Positions 30,386-40,390 of a stretch of 64,000 bases of DNA are shown here, piece by piece. The translations under genes were made by a program, and so were the position numbers. The notes beneath the pieces were generated by a model that saw only the letters and a program-made list of their open reading frames with translations, searched no databases and had not been told where the DNA came from. Position 1 is the first letter of the stretch. Every line of letters begins with the position of its first letter. The DNA is from an uncultured Thermoprotei archaeon (GTDB lineage Archaea; Thermoproteota; Thermoprotei; Thermofilales; B15-G2): the NCBI GenBank assembly GCA_965367815.1, contig CBDUKN010000001.1, forward strand, positions 96,001 through 160,000. Direction: 5' to 3'.

Positions 30386-31156
30386 ATGTGTAAAGTAGAG
30401 ATAACGAGCCTTTATACAAAAGAGCTAAAGGAGCTAGGATTGCTCGGCAAGACAAGAATTTTCTTGAAGAATACTGGAGATTTTCTAGCAGTAACTGCTA
30501 GGGAAAACGAGAGTTTTGTTGTCTACTTGGATCCCCGTGTCCTAAAGTCGAGAGTTTTAAGGAGATACGCGAGATATCTTATTAGACACGAATTCCTCCA
30601 TGTTCTAGACATTTTATCAGGAAAATACGGTACAGATTTCAAGAAGACAGGAGTACCTTTACTCGATGAGTGTATTGAACAGCTCTATTTGGCATATACT
30701 GACTTAATAGCCGACCGAGAATATGTCGAAGTATTTGGCGAAGACGACATAATGTTGTTAGTAGAGTTGTCTTACAACATGGCGAAAAATCTTCTCAGAG
30801 AGGAAGTTTCGTGGCGGACTTTTTTCAGGTCACTGAAGTATGCTGTATCTTGTCTACTATATAGTGAAGGTAGAATAAAGCGCAGTAAAACTTTGCGAAG
30901 ACTATATAACCTTTATCAAATGCTATACAAAGATTTACTTTTAATAGAGAGGTCGGACGGAGACTGGTCTTTTAAGTCAAATCTGCTTGCAACAGAAGCT
31001 CTAGCAGTGCTCTCGCTAGTTGACTTGAAGAGAACGTGGGAAGAGAAAACAGTAGTATTTAGAGAGAATTGGGGTGAATTCATGCTAATTGCTGAGCATT
31101 TAGAGCTTACAGGAGAAGATAATTTCTTCATAAAGATATGGGCTTCGAGAGTATAG
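30386..31156 (+). CDS. hypothetical protein with zincin-like HExxH motif
   Basis: IRHEFLHV followed by a helix carrying TDLIADRE. Confidence 0.6.
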   Translation: MCKVEITSLYTKELKELGLLGKTRIFLKNTGDFLAVTARENESFVVYLDPRVLKSRVLRRYARYLIRHEFLHVLDILSGKYGTDFKKTGVPLLDECIEQLYLAYTDLIADREYVEVFGEDDIMLLVELSYNMAKNLLREEVSWRTFFRSLKYAVSCLLYSEGRIKRSKTLRRLYNLYQMLYKDLLLIERSDGDWSFKSNLLATEALAVLSLVDLKRTWEEKTVVFRENWGEFMLIAEHLELTGEDNFFIKIWASRV

Positions 31157-32095
31157 CTACTCATTTAGTAAGAAAGAGTAGTTTTTCAGCGAAACTAGCA
31201 GTGAATCTAAATCCCATCCAAGTTTTTTCCATGCAAAAAGAAGAGCCCCTACTACAGGCTTAAATAAAGGTTTCTTAAGCTCTATTTTCTTTTTAAAAAC
31301 TTTTCTCAGCATTAATTCGGTTAATTTCGTAAATGTACTTGAATCAAAGAGGCCTCCTTGGCAAAAGATAGTAGAGGAAGATATTCCTGCTTTAATAGCA
31401 ACGCACTTAGCTAATTGAGCTAGTTCTCTACAAGCCTCTCCGATTATTCTGCGGCAATAGACATCTTCTTCAAATAGCTCTAAAGCTATTTTTGCGAGAG
31501 AAGCTATATCAGATACTGTAAGACGGCTATAAGTCAGCTCTACGAGCTCGTCAAGCGTGCTCACATTAAGAAACTCTAGAGTCTTTTCTAAAAGAAGAGA
31601 AGGCTTTTCTCTGCTATCGAGCATTTTTGCTACAGTCTGCAGAACTCTAAGTCCTATCCAGTAGCCTGAGCCTTCGTCGTCGAGTAGATAGCCCAGTCCA
31701 CCGCACCTATAGGTATTTCCAGATGAATCTAAGGCGTAGGCAATTGATCCTGTACCAGCTATAATTAGTATTCCTGGCTTAAAGAGCGTTGAAGAATAAA
31801 GCGCTATTTCAGCGTCCGGCATTATAATAAGCTGTTTCGCTTCAAGTACTCTCGATACAGCTCTAGTAGCTTTCTCTAAGTGCTTTTTTCTCCCAGCTCC
31901 AGCCAAGCCGAGTACTGCTATATCTACTTTGCTTAAGTCCTTTAAAAGAGAACAAATTACTTTAGCTATAGCATCTTCGCTTAAAGTAGCTACATTGCAT
32001 GCCTCTCCTCTTCGGTAGTTCAAAATACGTGCTTTTTCATCGAGTAAAACTGCCTCTGTCTTAGTTCCTCCTCCATCAATGCCTAAAATAAGCAC
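31157..32095 (-). CDS. BadF/BadG/BcrA/BcrD-type N-acetylglucosamine/MurNAc kinase-like protein
   Basis: GIDGGGTKT, GLAG, IAGTGS, GGLGYLLDDEGSGYWIG. Confidence 0.85.
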   Translation of the reverse strand: MLILGIDGGGTKTEAVLLDEKARILNYRRGEACNVATLSEDAIAKVICSLLKDLSKVDIAVLGLAGAGRKKHLEKATRAVSRVLEAKQLIIMPDAEIALYSSTLFKPGILIIAGTGSIAYALDSSGNTYRCGGLGYLLDDEGSGYWIGLRVLQTVAKMLDSREKPSLLLEKTLEFLNVSTLDELVELTYSRLTVSDIASLAKIALELFEEDVYCRRIIGEACRELAQLAKCVAIKAGISSSTIFCQGGLFDSSTFTKLTELMLRKVFKKKIELKKPLFKPVVGALLFAWKKLGWDLDSLLVSLKNYSFLLNE

Positions 32096-32147
32096 AAGAT
32101 ATCCACGTAGCTAAGATATTTATTTCCTAAGCCAGTATAATACAGCT

Positions 32148-33263
32148 ATGAGATATAGAGTTCTAGGAAGAACTGGGCTAAAAGTTTCGGTAATAGGTTT
32201 TGGTGGAATAAAGCTCCCCGAGATTTCGCAGAAAGAAGCCGACGAAATATTAAACAGAGCACTCGACCTGGGTATAAACTTCATAGATACTGCTAGAGCA
32301 TACAAAGACAGTGAAACTAAGATAGGCAAGGCAATAAGCAAGCGGAGAGACGAGTTCATTTTATCGTCTAGAAGTCTTTCAAGAGACCGCGACGGCATAC
32401 TCAAAGACCTTGAAACAAGTATGCGCGAACTACAGACAGACTACATTGACATTTACGAACTTCATGCAGTAAATGATATGGAGACCTTGGAGAAAGTACT
32501 GGCACCAGGTGGCGCACTCGAAGGACTTAAAATAGCTAAGCAAAAAGGACTGATAGGCCACATAGGTATAACAATGCACTTTGACCTAAACGCTATGAAG
32601 AAAGCCATTGATTCAAACGAATTTGAGGTAATAATGCTAGCGTACAGTCCTCTTGACCACGAAGGAGTCAATAGAGAGGGAATACTTGAGCTCGCGAAAA
32701 AGCATGGAATGGGCATAATTATTATGAAGGCGTTGCTAGGAGGACAGCTGGTTCTACCTGAAACAGCTGCAGGACTAAGAAAAGAAGATCCTTTAGTCAG
32801 ACTAAGCCTGAAGTATGTCATCTCGAACCCTAATGTAGATACAGTAATTCCCGGCATGAAGAAACTTCACGAAATTGAGGAAAATGCTAGAGTAGGCGAC
32901 GAGCCCTTGCCAATAACAGAAGAGGAGAAAAAGCAGCTATATGAGCTTATATCAAAAGTAGCTAGGCCTGCTGAGCGCGGCTGGCTCGCTCAAGCATGCC
33001 TCCAGTGCGGCTACTGCAGGCGAGTATGTCCTCAGAACATACCTATACCAGAAGTGTTCAAAGCATACCGTATTTACATGAATTATCCGCAGAACTTAAA
33101 GCACTTAGGCCTCGAAATCTACAAGAGTCTTGAAGTAAAACCCGACGCCTGCATTGAGTGCAAGAGCTGTGTACAAGTCTGTCCTATAAAAATAGATATA
33201 CCAGCCAAGCTCAAAGAGGCTCAGAAAGTACTCGAAGAAGCTATCACTTCTAGGAAACAGTGA
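32148..33263 (+). CDS. aldo/keto reductase with C-terminal 4Fe-4S dicluster
   Basis: LGRTGLKVS, DTARAY, CLQCGYC..CP, CIECKSC...CP. Confidence 0.9.
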   Translation: MRYRVLGRTGLKVSVIGFGGIKLPEISQKEADEILNRALDLGINFIDTARAYKDSETKIGKAISKRRDEFILSSRSLSRDRDGILKDLETSMRELQTDYIDIYELHAVNDMETLEKVLAPGGALEGLKIAKQKGLIGHIGITMHFDLNAMKKAIDSNEFEVIMLAYSPLDHEGVNREGILELAKKHGMGIIIMKALLGGQLVLPETAAGLRKEDPLVRLSLKYVISNPNVDTVIPGMKKLHEIEENARVGDEPLPITEEEKKQLYELISKVARPAERGWLAQACLQCGYCRRVCPQNIPIPEVFKAYRIYMNYPQNLKHLGLEIYKSLEVKPDACIECKSCVQVCPIKIDIPAKLKEAQKVLEEAITSRKQ

Positions 33264-33299
33264 ACTCATTTATTTCAGGGGGCGAGACTTGGAGCATGA

Positions 33300-34389
33300 A
33301 TGAGTAAGATTCGTGTAGGCGTCATTGGTGTCGGCGGAGTAGCTTGGATAGGTCACTTACCATGGTATAAAGAAAATCCTGACGTAGAGCTGGTAGCCGT
33401 AGCCGATATTGATGAACATAAAGCCCGGAAGGCAGCAGAGTACTTTCACATACCCTATTTCTACACAGATTACGAGAAGCTTATTTCTCGCAAAGACATA
33501 GATGCCGTAAGCATATGTATTCTTGTTCACTTACACGCAGAGCAGACAGTAAGAGCAGCTGAAGAAGGAAAGCACGTGCTAGTAGAGAAACCTATGGCTA
33601 GAGACATCTACGAGTGCGACAAATGATAAGAGTCTGTGAAAAAGCAGGAGTAGTGCTGATGGTAGGCTTCATGAAAAGATTCAATCCAGGTTTTCAGAAA
33701 ATAAAGAAGCTGCTAGATGAAGGGACTCTAGGAAAACCCCCTTTATGGAAGTACACTGGTCGCTCTTCGGTATAAAGGGTACAGAAGCATTTAGATATAA
33801 AGCATATACAGGAGAAGGCATTTTCCAGGACCACGGTAGCCACTACATAGATTTATTCAGGTGGTGGACAGGAGATGAAGTTTCAGAAGTTACAGCAGAA
33901 TGCAATCTAATAGTACCTGGCAGACAAATAGAAGACCATGTCGTAGTCCTGCTACGCTTTAAAAGAAGCTCAGTAGCTGTAATAGAGACGAGCAGAGTAG
34001 GTCCTTCTCACGAACAATACGGCTTATGGGAGCGCGGACAAATATACTGCACTAAAGGAGCAATACTATTCGATGTGCCTGACTGGACATCATATGAGTT
34101 ACCACTAATAAAAGTCTTCAAAAGAGGTACGTGGGAAACACTGACTATGTACAAAGAAGGAAGGTATCCTCCAAAGCACTATATGTTTAAGAGAGAAATA
34201 AACCACTTCATAGAGTGCATTAAATGCGGCAAAAAGCCTTTAGTAGTAGGATATGACGGTAGAGCTGCAATAGAAGTAATTAACGCCGCCTATTTATCTC
34301 AGATTGAGGGCAGAAAAAACAAACTGCCTTTAAAAGGATTCAAAATAAGAGAAGATATTTTCAAGCATTTTCCAGTTTTCAGAGACTAG
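33300..34389 (+). pseudogene. Gfo/Idh/MocA oxidoreductase interrupted by two -1 frameshifts (near 33621 and 33740)
   Basis: ORF1 has GVGGVA and VEKPMA; a bridging frame at 33623-33742 reads MIRVCEKAGVVLMVGFMKRFNPG; ORF3 has DHGSHYID. Confidence 0.8.
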
Positions 34390-34835
34390 TATACTGCAGT
34401 ATCTTCTTCTCCCATAACTTCAGTTTCACTACCACGGTATTTTGATCGTAGACGATAAAGTATTTCATCTATTTCTCTTATAGCGTTTTCAACTTGTCTC
34501 TTAGCCTCCATTATTTTAAAGTGTCTGAGTAGGTCTGCGAAAAGAGAGTCAAAAGCTACGTCAGTTATAAACCATAAATTAGAGTCATCGAGCTCAGGTA
34601 TAATCGAACTATACTTTTCTGCTTGCTTTAAATAATATTTAGCGTAATCTATTTCTCTTAAAGCTTTCTTGTAATCATCATACTCCATAATATCTATTAT
34701 AGCGCTAAAGAGTCCTCCGAGAAACATATCTACTAAAGACTTTGTTTCAGCCTGACCTAAGTAGTATAAGGCTCTCTCAAAGTGTCTTCTAGCAGAAATA
34801 AGTAGTCTTTCTACTTCTAAAGCCTCTCTAGCCAT
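34386..34835 (-). CDS. hypothetical all-helical protein with internal duplication
   Basis: 149 aa; two helix-hydrophobic turn-helix units (DMFLGGLFSAII and DVAFDSLFADLL). Confidence 0.65.
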   Translation of the reverse strand: MAREALEVERLLISARRHFERALYYLGQAETKSLVDMFLGGLFSAIIDIMEYDDYKKALREIDYAKYYLKQAEKYSSIIPELDDSNLWFITDVAFDSLFADLLRHFKIMEAKRQVENAIREIDEILYRLRSKYRGSETEVMGEEDTAVY

Positions 34836-34860
34836 TTCCGAGGTAAAAGTAGAGGGCTAG

Positions 34861-34876
34861 TAAATAAGCTTATTTA
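34861..34876. promoter_or_regulatory. perfect 16-bp palindrome TAAATAAGCTTATTTA (possible bidirectional TATA/operator)
   Basis: Self-complementary; begins 26 nt upstream of the 34835 start codon. Confidence 0.45.
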
Positions 34877-34981
34877 GCTCCACGAGATAATGTTCATAGG
34901 TGATGAAGCCCCTCGCTTTGGATAGATGACGTCTACGCGGAGTTGGACTGGCCTTAAACATATATTTCTTAACGCCTCCTT

Positions 34982-35770
34982 ATGTGCGTGAACCTAGTAG
35001 ACTACTTCTGGATAATCATTACTATGTTAGGCGACGAAAAATTCTACGTTGCCTTAATACCTTTCATATACCTAGCTATCTCGATGGATTTAGGAATAGA
35101 GCTAGCCTTAGTCTTCTTAGCAGGCATGTGGCTCAACGGCTTCCTCAAATACTCTCTTAAGCTTCCTCGACCTCCCAAAGAATACTGGAAAATATCTGCT
35201 AAAGGATACGGTTTCCCCAGCGGACATGTGCAGGCGACAACAATTTTCTGGGGCTTCTTTACACTTAAAAAGAAAAGACTTGGACTAGCCTTATTCTCGA
35301 CAATACTCATTACTCTAGTAGGTTACTCTAGAGTATACTTAGGCGTACACTACTTACACGACGTGCTCGGCGGAGCATTTTTCGGCTTACTCACCCTACT
35401 TTCCTACATGTTCCTTAAACAGAGAATAAGATTATCATGGAATCAAAAAATCTACACAGGAATACTTGCGTCGTCAGCTATGTATACTCTGTCTTTCCTC
35501 ACAGAAAATATCTACGATCCAACACCTCCTACTCTACTCGGAATGAGCATAGGATACTTGCTGACCACTAGAGAAGCTATTAAACTACCCGGCAAAACTA
35601 CTAAAAGAATTCTATGGGGTCTATGCGGAATTCTAGTATCTTTCGGAATTTATCTACTGTCGCACTGGGTACCCGACGTTATTTCATTCATATTATGCTA
35701 CGTTCTGCTAGGCCTCGCAATATCTTATATAATTCCTAAAATACTATCAAAAATAAGTAAAGTTACTTAA
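34982..35770 (+). CDS. PAP2 family phosphatase
   Basis: KYSLKLPRP, PSGH, SRVYLGVHYLHDV. Confidence 0.9.
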   Translation: MCVNLVDYFWIIITMLGDEKFYVALIPFIYLAISMDLGIELALVFLAGMWLNGFLKYSLKLPRPPKEYWKISAKGYGFPSGHVQATTIFWGFFTLKKKRLGLALFSTILITLVGYSRVYLGVHYLHDVLGGAFFGLLTLLSYMFLKQRIRLSWNQKIYTGILASSAMYTLSFLTENIYDPTPPTLLGMSIGYLLTTREAIKLPGKTTKRILWGLCGILVSFGIYLLSHWVPDVISFILCYVLLGLAISYIIPKILSKISKVT

Positions 35771-36221
35771 GCTTCTCTATTAAATTCTTTAAAAATAATT
35801 TAAATTTCTTAGATTCATGTAAAATAGCTTCGGCATTCTTTTTTGTGTGGTCATCGAAAGAATTTATTGTATTTTGAAGATGATTAACCAAAGCTTCTAG
35901 GTGATTATCTGCTATTAATGAGACAAAATTTTTGAATAGGTCTGTTAACGAAGAGGATGCAGCATAAAACTTCTTTTTCCCCACTCTCTTAACTATCTTA
36001 ACTAAGCCAAGAGACTCTAGTCTAGAGAGATTCATGCTAACAATACCTAAACTGTAGTTTGTTAACTTAGATATCTCTTTTTGCGATAAACTTCCTCCAG
36101 TAAGTAAGAGAACTCCCCATATTCTTCCTGCTGCTTCATTTAAGCCTAGAAGAGAGGCTAACCTAGTTAACCTGTTTAAAAGTTCTTTTTCGACTTCAGT
36201 GAGCACTGCTTTCATTTTCAT
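35763..36221 (-). CDS. GbsR/MarR-like winged-helix transcriptional regulator
   Basis: GLNEAAGRIWGVLLL, LSQKEIS, VSMNLSRLESLGLV, KKKFYAA. Confidence 0.8.
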   Translation of the reverse strand: MKMKAVLTEVEKELLNRLTRLASLLGLNEAAGRIWGVLLLTGGSLSQKEISKLTNYSLGIVSMNLSRLESLGLVKIVKRVGKKKFYAASSSLTDLFKNFVSLIADNHLEALVNHLQNTINSFDDHTKKNAEAILHESKKFKLFLKNLIEKLK

Positions 36222-36258
36222 AAAAACACCTTTCTTACAATATAAAAATCTCGCGGCA

Positions 36259-36963
36259 CTATCTCTCGAAGAGTGGATGTACTTTTACTTTGAGTTCTCT
36301 AGGTACTCCTTCAGGTACATAGATTATCCAGAAGTAGTTTATTCCAGTAAAAGGCAGAGCTACGTTAGGATGATATCCCTTTTCTATTACAACTGCGTCG
36401 TAGTCCTCGACTTTAAATGCTTTAAAAACGCCGTTTTCTTCAATAAACTGTACTCCATAGTACTTGCCTATGCCGTAGTACACGTAGACTTCAGGCTTTT
36501 CGTCGTGTTTATGTGGAGGAAAGCTAGTCCAGTTACCTGGATATCCTTCAGTAAATCCTGCTAGAAAGTGGTCTGAAGGGTCTTCAGGACTCACTGCAGT
36601 ATAAACGTATCTTAAGTAGCCCTTTTCTCCTACAAGTTTTCTCTCCATGGAGCTTATGTGCTTAAAGTAAAACCTGTGCTTGTTTACTGCTTTAGCTTCG
36701 GCTACAACTACTACAGCTTTTTCTGCAGAAACTTCGGCTTCAGTGTTTACAGGTACATAGGCTAGACTTCTATCAGTTAAAACATACTTTGAGTTCTCTA
36801 CTTTAAGCTCGATTTCTCCGTCGAGTACAGCTACAGCTTTCTCGAAACTATTGTTGGCTAATTTAAGAACACCATTCGATAGCAGTACTTCCCATACTTT
36901 AAATTTCCCTATATCGTATATTGTTTGAGAAACATTAGGCTTTCTTTCAAATTTAACTAACAT
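36259..36963 (-). CDS. iolB: 5-deoxy-glucuronate isomerase (IolB/KduI family)
   Basis: GNWTSFPPHKHD, EVYVY, GYHP. Confidence 0.8.
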   Translation of the reverse strand: MLVKFERKPNVSQTIYDIGKFKVWEVLLSNGVLKLANNSFEKAVAVLDGEIELKVENSKYVLTDRSLAYVPVNTEAEVSAEKAVVVVAEAKAVNKHRFYFKHISSMERKLVGEKGYLRYVYTAVSPEDPSDHFLAGFTEGYPGNWTSFPPHKHDEKPEVYVYYGIGKYYGVQFIEENGVFKAFKVEDYDAVVIEKGYHPNVALPFTGINYFWIIYVPEGVPRELKVKVHPLFER

Positions 36964-37048
36964 ATTTTCTCACAATATTTTCTTCTTATCAAACTCTATT
37001 AAACTATCTCTCGGAAGTAATATATTTGTGAAATAAAGACTAATAATT

Positions 37049-37963
37049 GTGCTTGTAGCCTTGGCTAAGATAAAAGGAATAGAAGTAATAGCGAAGTTTC
37101 CCTGGAAAATAGGTGTAGTTTCATTTATGCTTTACCCAGAGCTCATAAAGAAAAGTGAAGGTATAGCAGAAACAATTATTAAAATAGCTCAAGACCCCTA
37201 CATGGACTTAATTGAAGTATCTAAGATATCTGACAAAGATTGGGCTTTGATTAAAGAGAAGGTTACTGAAGTAGAGTTTGCTAGAGGACTACAGCTAATG
37301 ATTCTAGGAGGCCTTGACATAAGTTCTCTAGATGAGGAAACGAGGCGAAAAGCCGTAGATTCTTTGAAAAAGGAAATTGAACATGACGTAAAATACGGCA
37401 TAAAAGCCTTCGGTATATGTACTGGAAAAGATCCCGGCGAAGCTAAAAGAAAGGAAGCAATCGAGAAGCTAGTAGACAGCTTAATAGAGCTTACTTCAAC
37501 AGCCAAAAACTATGGAGCAGTAATTTTGCTAGAGACTTTTGACAGAAAATGGGATAAAAAACTGCTATTGGGTCCCATTGGCGAAGCAGCACAAGTAGTA
37601 GAGAGAGTAAGAGAAGTAAATAGCAACATAGCGCTTCTCTGGGATCTGAGCCATGCACCAATGCTCGAAGAAAAACCAGAAGACCTTAAGCCCTATGCCG
37701 ATTTACTAGGACACATCCATATAGGATGCACTAAAAAGGTAGAAGACAGGCTATACGACTGGCATCCTGTCTTCTATAGGCCAGGAGCACTCAACACAGT
37801 AGACGACGTAGCAGAGCTCCTTGAAGTACTTCTTGACATCAAGTATAGAGGAGCAGTAAGCTTCGAAGTAAAACCTGAAGAAAACCAGCTACCAGAAGAA
37901 GTATTTTACACAGCAAAACAAGTACTCACTGAAGCATTTATAAGAACTTTAGAAAGAATATAA
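37049..37963 (+). CDS. sugar phosphate isomerase/epimerase (AP endonuclease 2 TIM barrel)
   Basis: LETFD, DLSHAP, HIHIG, SFEVKP. Confidence 0.8.
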   Translation: MLVALAKIKGIEVIAKFPWKIGVVSFMLYPELIKKSEGIAETIIKIAQDPYMDLIEVSKISDKDWALIKEKVTEVEFARGLQLMILGGLDISSLDEETRRKAVDSLKKEIEHDVKYGIKAFGICTGKDPGEAKRKEAIEKLVDSLIELTSTAKNYGAVILLETFDRKWDKKLLLGPIGEAAQVVERVREVNSNIALLWDLSHAPMLEEKPEDLKPYADLLGHIHIGCTKKVEDRLYDWHPVFYRPGALNTVDDVAELLEVLLDIKYRGAVSFEVKPEENQLPEEVFYTAKQVLTEAFIRTLERI

Positions 37964-38248
37964 AAAATATAGTACCTTGAATATATCTAATATAATATTT
38001 TTGTCCAAAATAAGTAAAAATATTGTATTTTGTAGGCATTAATTAAATAGCTCCATGATACTTAATCGCACTAGCTAACGCTTTACAGCCAGAAATTTCT
38101 CAATATCCTTATTTAACCAATGGCCTTATCAACTCTTTCTCGCAGACGGCTTCTACTATAATCCTAGTCGTTAACTAACTTAACTTTATATCAGAGTCTA
38201 TTCTAGCTGTATAATAAGCTTTAAGTTAGTAGCATTAAATAAACTAAC

Positions 38249-38611
38249 ATGATAGAAGGAACAGGTTTCGGCTATATAATTGTAAATGGTGTAAGGTATG
38301 ATCACGATATAGTGGTACACGTTGACGGATCAGTAACTAAACGGAAAAAAGAGTTAAGTAAACCCTACAAAAAAGGAGTCCATACACCGCTAGCTCCACC
38401 CGAAATAGAAGAAATTTTAGACGAAAACCCTGAGATAGCAATAATTGGCAGCGGGCAATATGGAGCTCTTCCTATTCTTGACGAAACAATTAAGTTACTT
38501 GAAGAAAAGAATGTAAAGTATATTATTGAAAAGACGCCGAAAGCAATAGAAGAATACAATAAGTTGAGTAAAGAGAAGAGAGTTGCTGGCATTTTCCATG
38601 TCACATGTTAG
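38249..38611 (+). CDS. Mth938-like (DUF498) protein
   Basis: GFGYI, IGSGQYG, TPKAIEEYN, FHVTC. Confidence 0.85.
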   Translation: MIEGTGFGYIIVNGVRYDHDIVVHVDGSVTKRKKELSKPYKKGVHTPLAPPEIEEILDENPEIAIIGSGQYGALPILDETIKLLEEKNVKYIIEKTPKAIEEYNKLSKEKRVAGIFHVTC

Positions 38612-38652
38612 CGGTCCCGAGAACTTAATTAACCTCTTGTAGTATACCAGCA

Positions 38653-39018
38653 GTGTTCTTTAGGAAAAAACAGGAACTACCCTATCCTAAAGTAGTATAT
38701 GCTGATCGAGAGTACTATGAGGTACCTTTAACGGCCATAAAGAAACTTGAAAAAGTTCGTGTTAAAGTATCAGGAAAAATTACGTCGAAACCAGAAGTAA
38801 AATATTATTCAGCGGGCTTTCCATGGAGTCTTGAAGCAAAAATAGAGGAAGACCACGGACATGAAACAGTTTTCATGGTTTCTGAAGTAACTGTTGTCTT
38901 CAAGGGAGTGGCGTTTCTCAAGAAAGGAGAAGAGGTTACTGTCTACGGTGAAGCAAGAAACGGTGTAGTGTACGCAGAGGTAATAGAGACTAATGATGTA
39001 GTCTACGTAAGAGAGTAA
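38653..39018 (+). CDS. hypothetical OB-fold-like protein
   Basis: VRVKVSGKI ... GEEVTVYG ... VYAEVI beta-strand pattern. Confidence 0.55.
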   Translation: MFFRKKQELPYPKVVYADREYYEVPLTAIKKLEKVRVKVSGKITSKPEVKYYSAGFPWSLEAKIEEDHGHETVFMVSEVTVVFKGVAFLKKGEEVTVYGEARNGVVYAEVIETNDVVYVRE

Positions 39019-39036
39019 TTAAGGAGCATCGGAAAC

Positions 39037-39747
39037 TTAGTGTTGGTTAAGGCTGTAGGCTAGTATTCCTTCTTTTTCAGCTTTTTCGAGAATATCTAGT
39101 ACTTCGTTTTCGCTTAAGTCATACCATGTTTCATAGGCGTCTGCGACTGCGTAGAAGAGGCCTCCTCTCGGGTTGAGGCATACTATTTGGTCTACTTCGC
39201 TTAATAGAAGTTGAAGAGATTTTGTGTGAGCTGTAGGTACTGCTACTACTATTTTACTTGGCTTTAGTTTCTTGAGGAAAGAGAGTGCTGCCCGCATAGT
39301 GTAGCCAGTAGCTATACCGTCGTCGACTACTACGACTTTCTTGCCTACTAGAGGCTTGTAGGGCTTATTTGCTCTAAATAACGCTAGCCTTCTTTTAATT
39401 TCGTCTAACTGTTCTCTTAAAGCAGCCTCTATTTCTCTATCAGATAAGCCTAGGTACTCAGCGAAGGCTTCGTCTATAAAGTAGGTTCCATCCGGCGCTA
39501 CTGCTCCAAAGCCTGCCTCTCTATTCCACGGAATTAATATTTTTCTGCAAATAAGTACATCTAGTTTAGCTCTAACTATCTTAGCTACGGAGTAGCCGAC
39601 AGGAACACCGCCCGAGGGAATAGCATACACTATATCGGCGTCTATTTTATTTTCTCTTAGTTTCTCTCCAAGTTTATGTCCAGCATCCCATCTATCTTTA
39701 AAAACATAGACTTTGTTTACTAGAGATTCTTCCATTACTAATTTCAC
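39037..39747 (-). CDS. phosphoribosyltransferase family protein
   Basis: FKDRWDAG, PSGGVP, VVDDGIATG. Confidence 0.88.
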   Translation of the reverse strand: MKLVMEESLVNKVYVFKDRWDAGHKLGEKLRENKIDADIVYAIPSGGVPVGYSVAKIVRAKLDVLICRKILIPWNREAGFGAVAPDGTYFIDEAFAEYLGLSDREIEAALREQLDEIKRRLALFRANKPYKPLVGKKVVVVDDGIATGYTMRAALSFLKKLKPSKIVVAVPTAHTKSLQLLLSEVDQIVCLNPRGGLFYAVADAYETWYDLSENEVLDILEKAEKEGILAYSLNQH

Positions 39748-39787
39748 GTAAAATAGTGTTTTATTGAATTTAATATTTCTTATCTTA

Positions 39788-40168
39788 CTAAAATATTCTA
39801 GTAATATTTTCTAGGTCATCGAAGTCTCTGTCGTTTGAAATTATTACATGAACATTATGCTTAAGCATTGTTGCTAAGTGAATTCTGTCCTCAAAGTCTC
39901 GTGGCTTCTTTAAGTTCCTAGCAGCGCTTATAATATTTGCCGTTAAGGGAAGTAGTTCTATTTCAAGTTCCGAGAGAATCTGGTCAATATTTTCGAGTCC
40001 TGTCAGTACGTAGAGTAGCCATACTGTTAAAACTGAAGTAGACAGCATGCCTGAGTACTTACTTAAAAGAGACTTAGCTTTTTCTCCGAAAAGAGGATGC
40101 GCTGTCAGATAATAGTACAGTACATTAACGTCAACATATATCTTTTCTAAGTATTTTTTCTGCCTCAT
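39788..40168 (-). CDS. vapC: PIN-domain toxin (VapC)
   Basis: YVDVNVL, FEDRIHLA, SNDRDFD. Confidence 0.85.
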   Translation of the reverse strand: MRQKKYLEKIYVDVNVLYYYLTAHPLFGEKAKSLLSKYSGMLSTSVLTVWLLYVLTGLENIDQILSELEIELLPLTANIISAARNLKKPRDFEDRIHLATMLKHNVHVIISNDRDFDDLENITRIF

Positions 40169-40376
40169 TTTTTATAGCCTCGTCTATTTCTTCAGGTGAA
40201 GTATACTTCGGTTTCCCTGCAATACCGTAGTACTTTTCAATAGCAGGTTTAATTGGTTCAAGAATTAAAGTTTCTCCATCAGTAATTACTCGGTACTTCC
40301 TATACTTCAGTCTTCGTCTTATACTTGCGGGAATATAAATGCGTCCGTGTGCGTCTAATTCAACTATAGCAGACAC
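40131..40376 (-). CDS. vapB: AbrB/MazE-family antitoxin (VapB)
   Basis: LDAHGRIYIPASIRRRL; directly upstream of and overlapping the PIN gene. Confidence 0.85.
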   Translation of the reverse strand: MSAIVELDAHGRIYIPASIRRRLKYRKYRVITDGETLILEPIKPAIEKYYGIAGKPKYTSPEEIDEAIKNEAEKILRKDIC

Positions 40377-40390
40377 ATTACAATATATTT

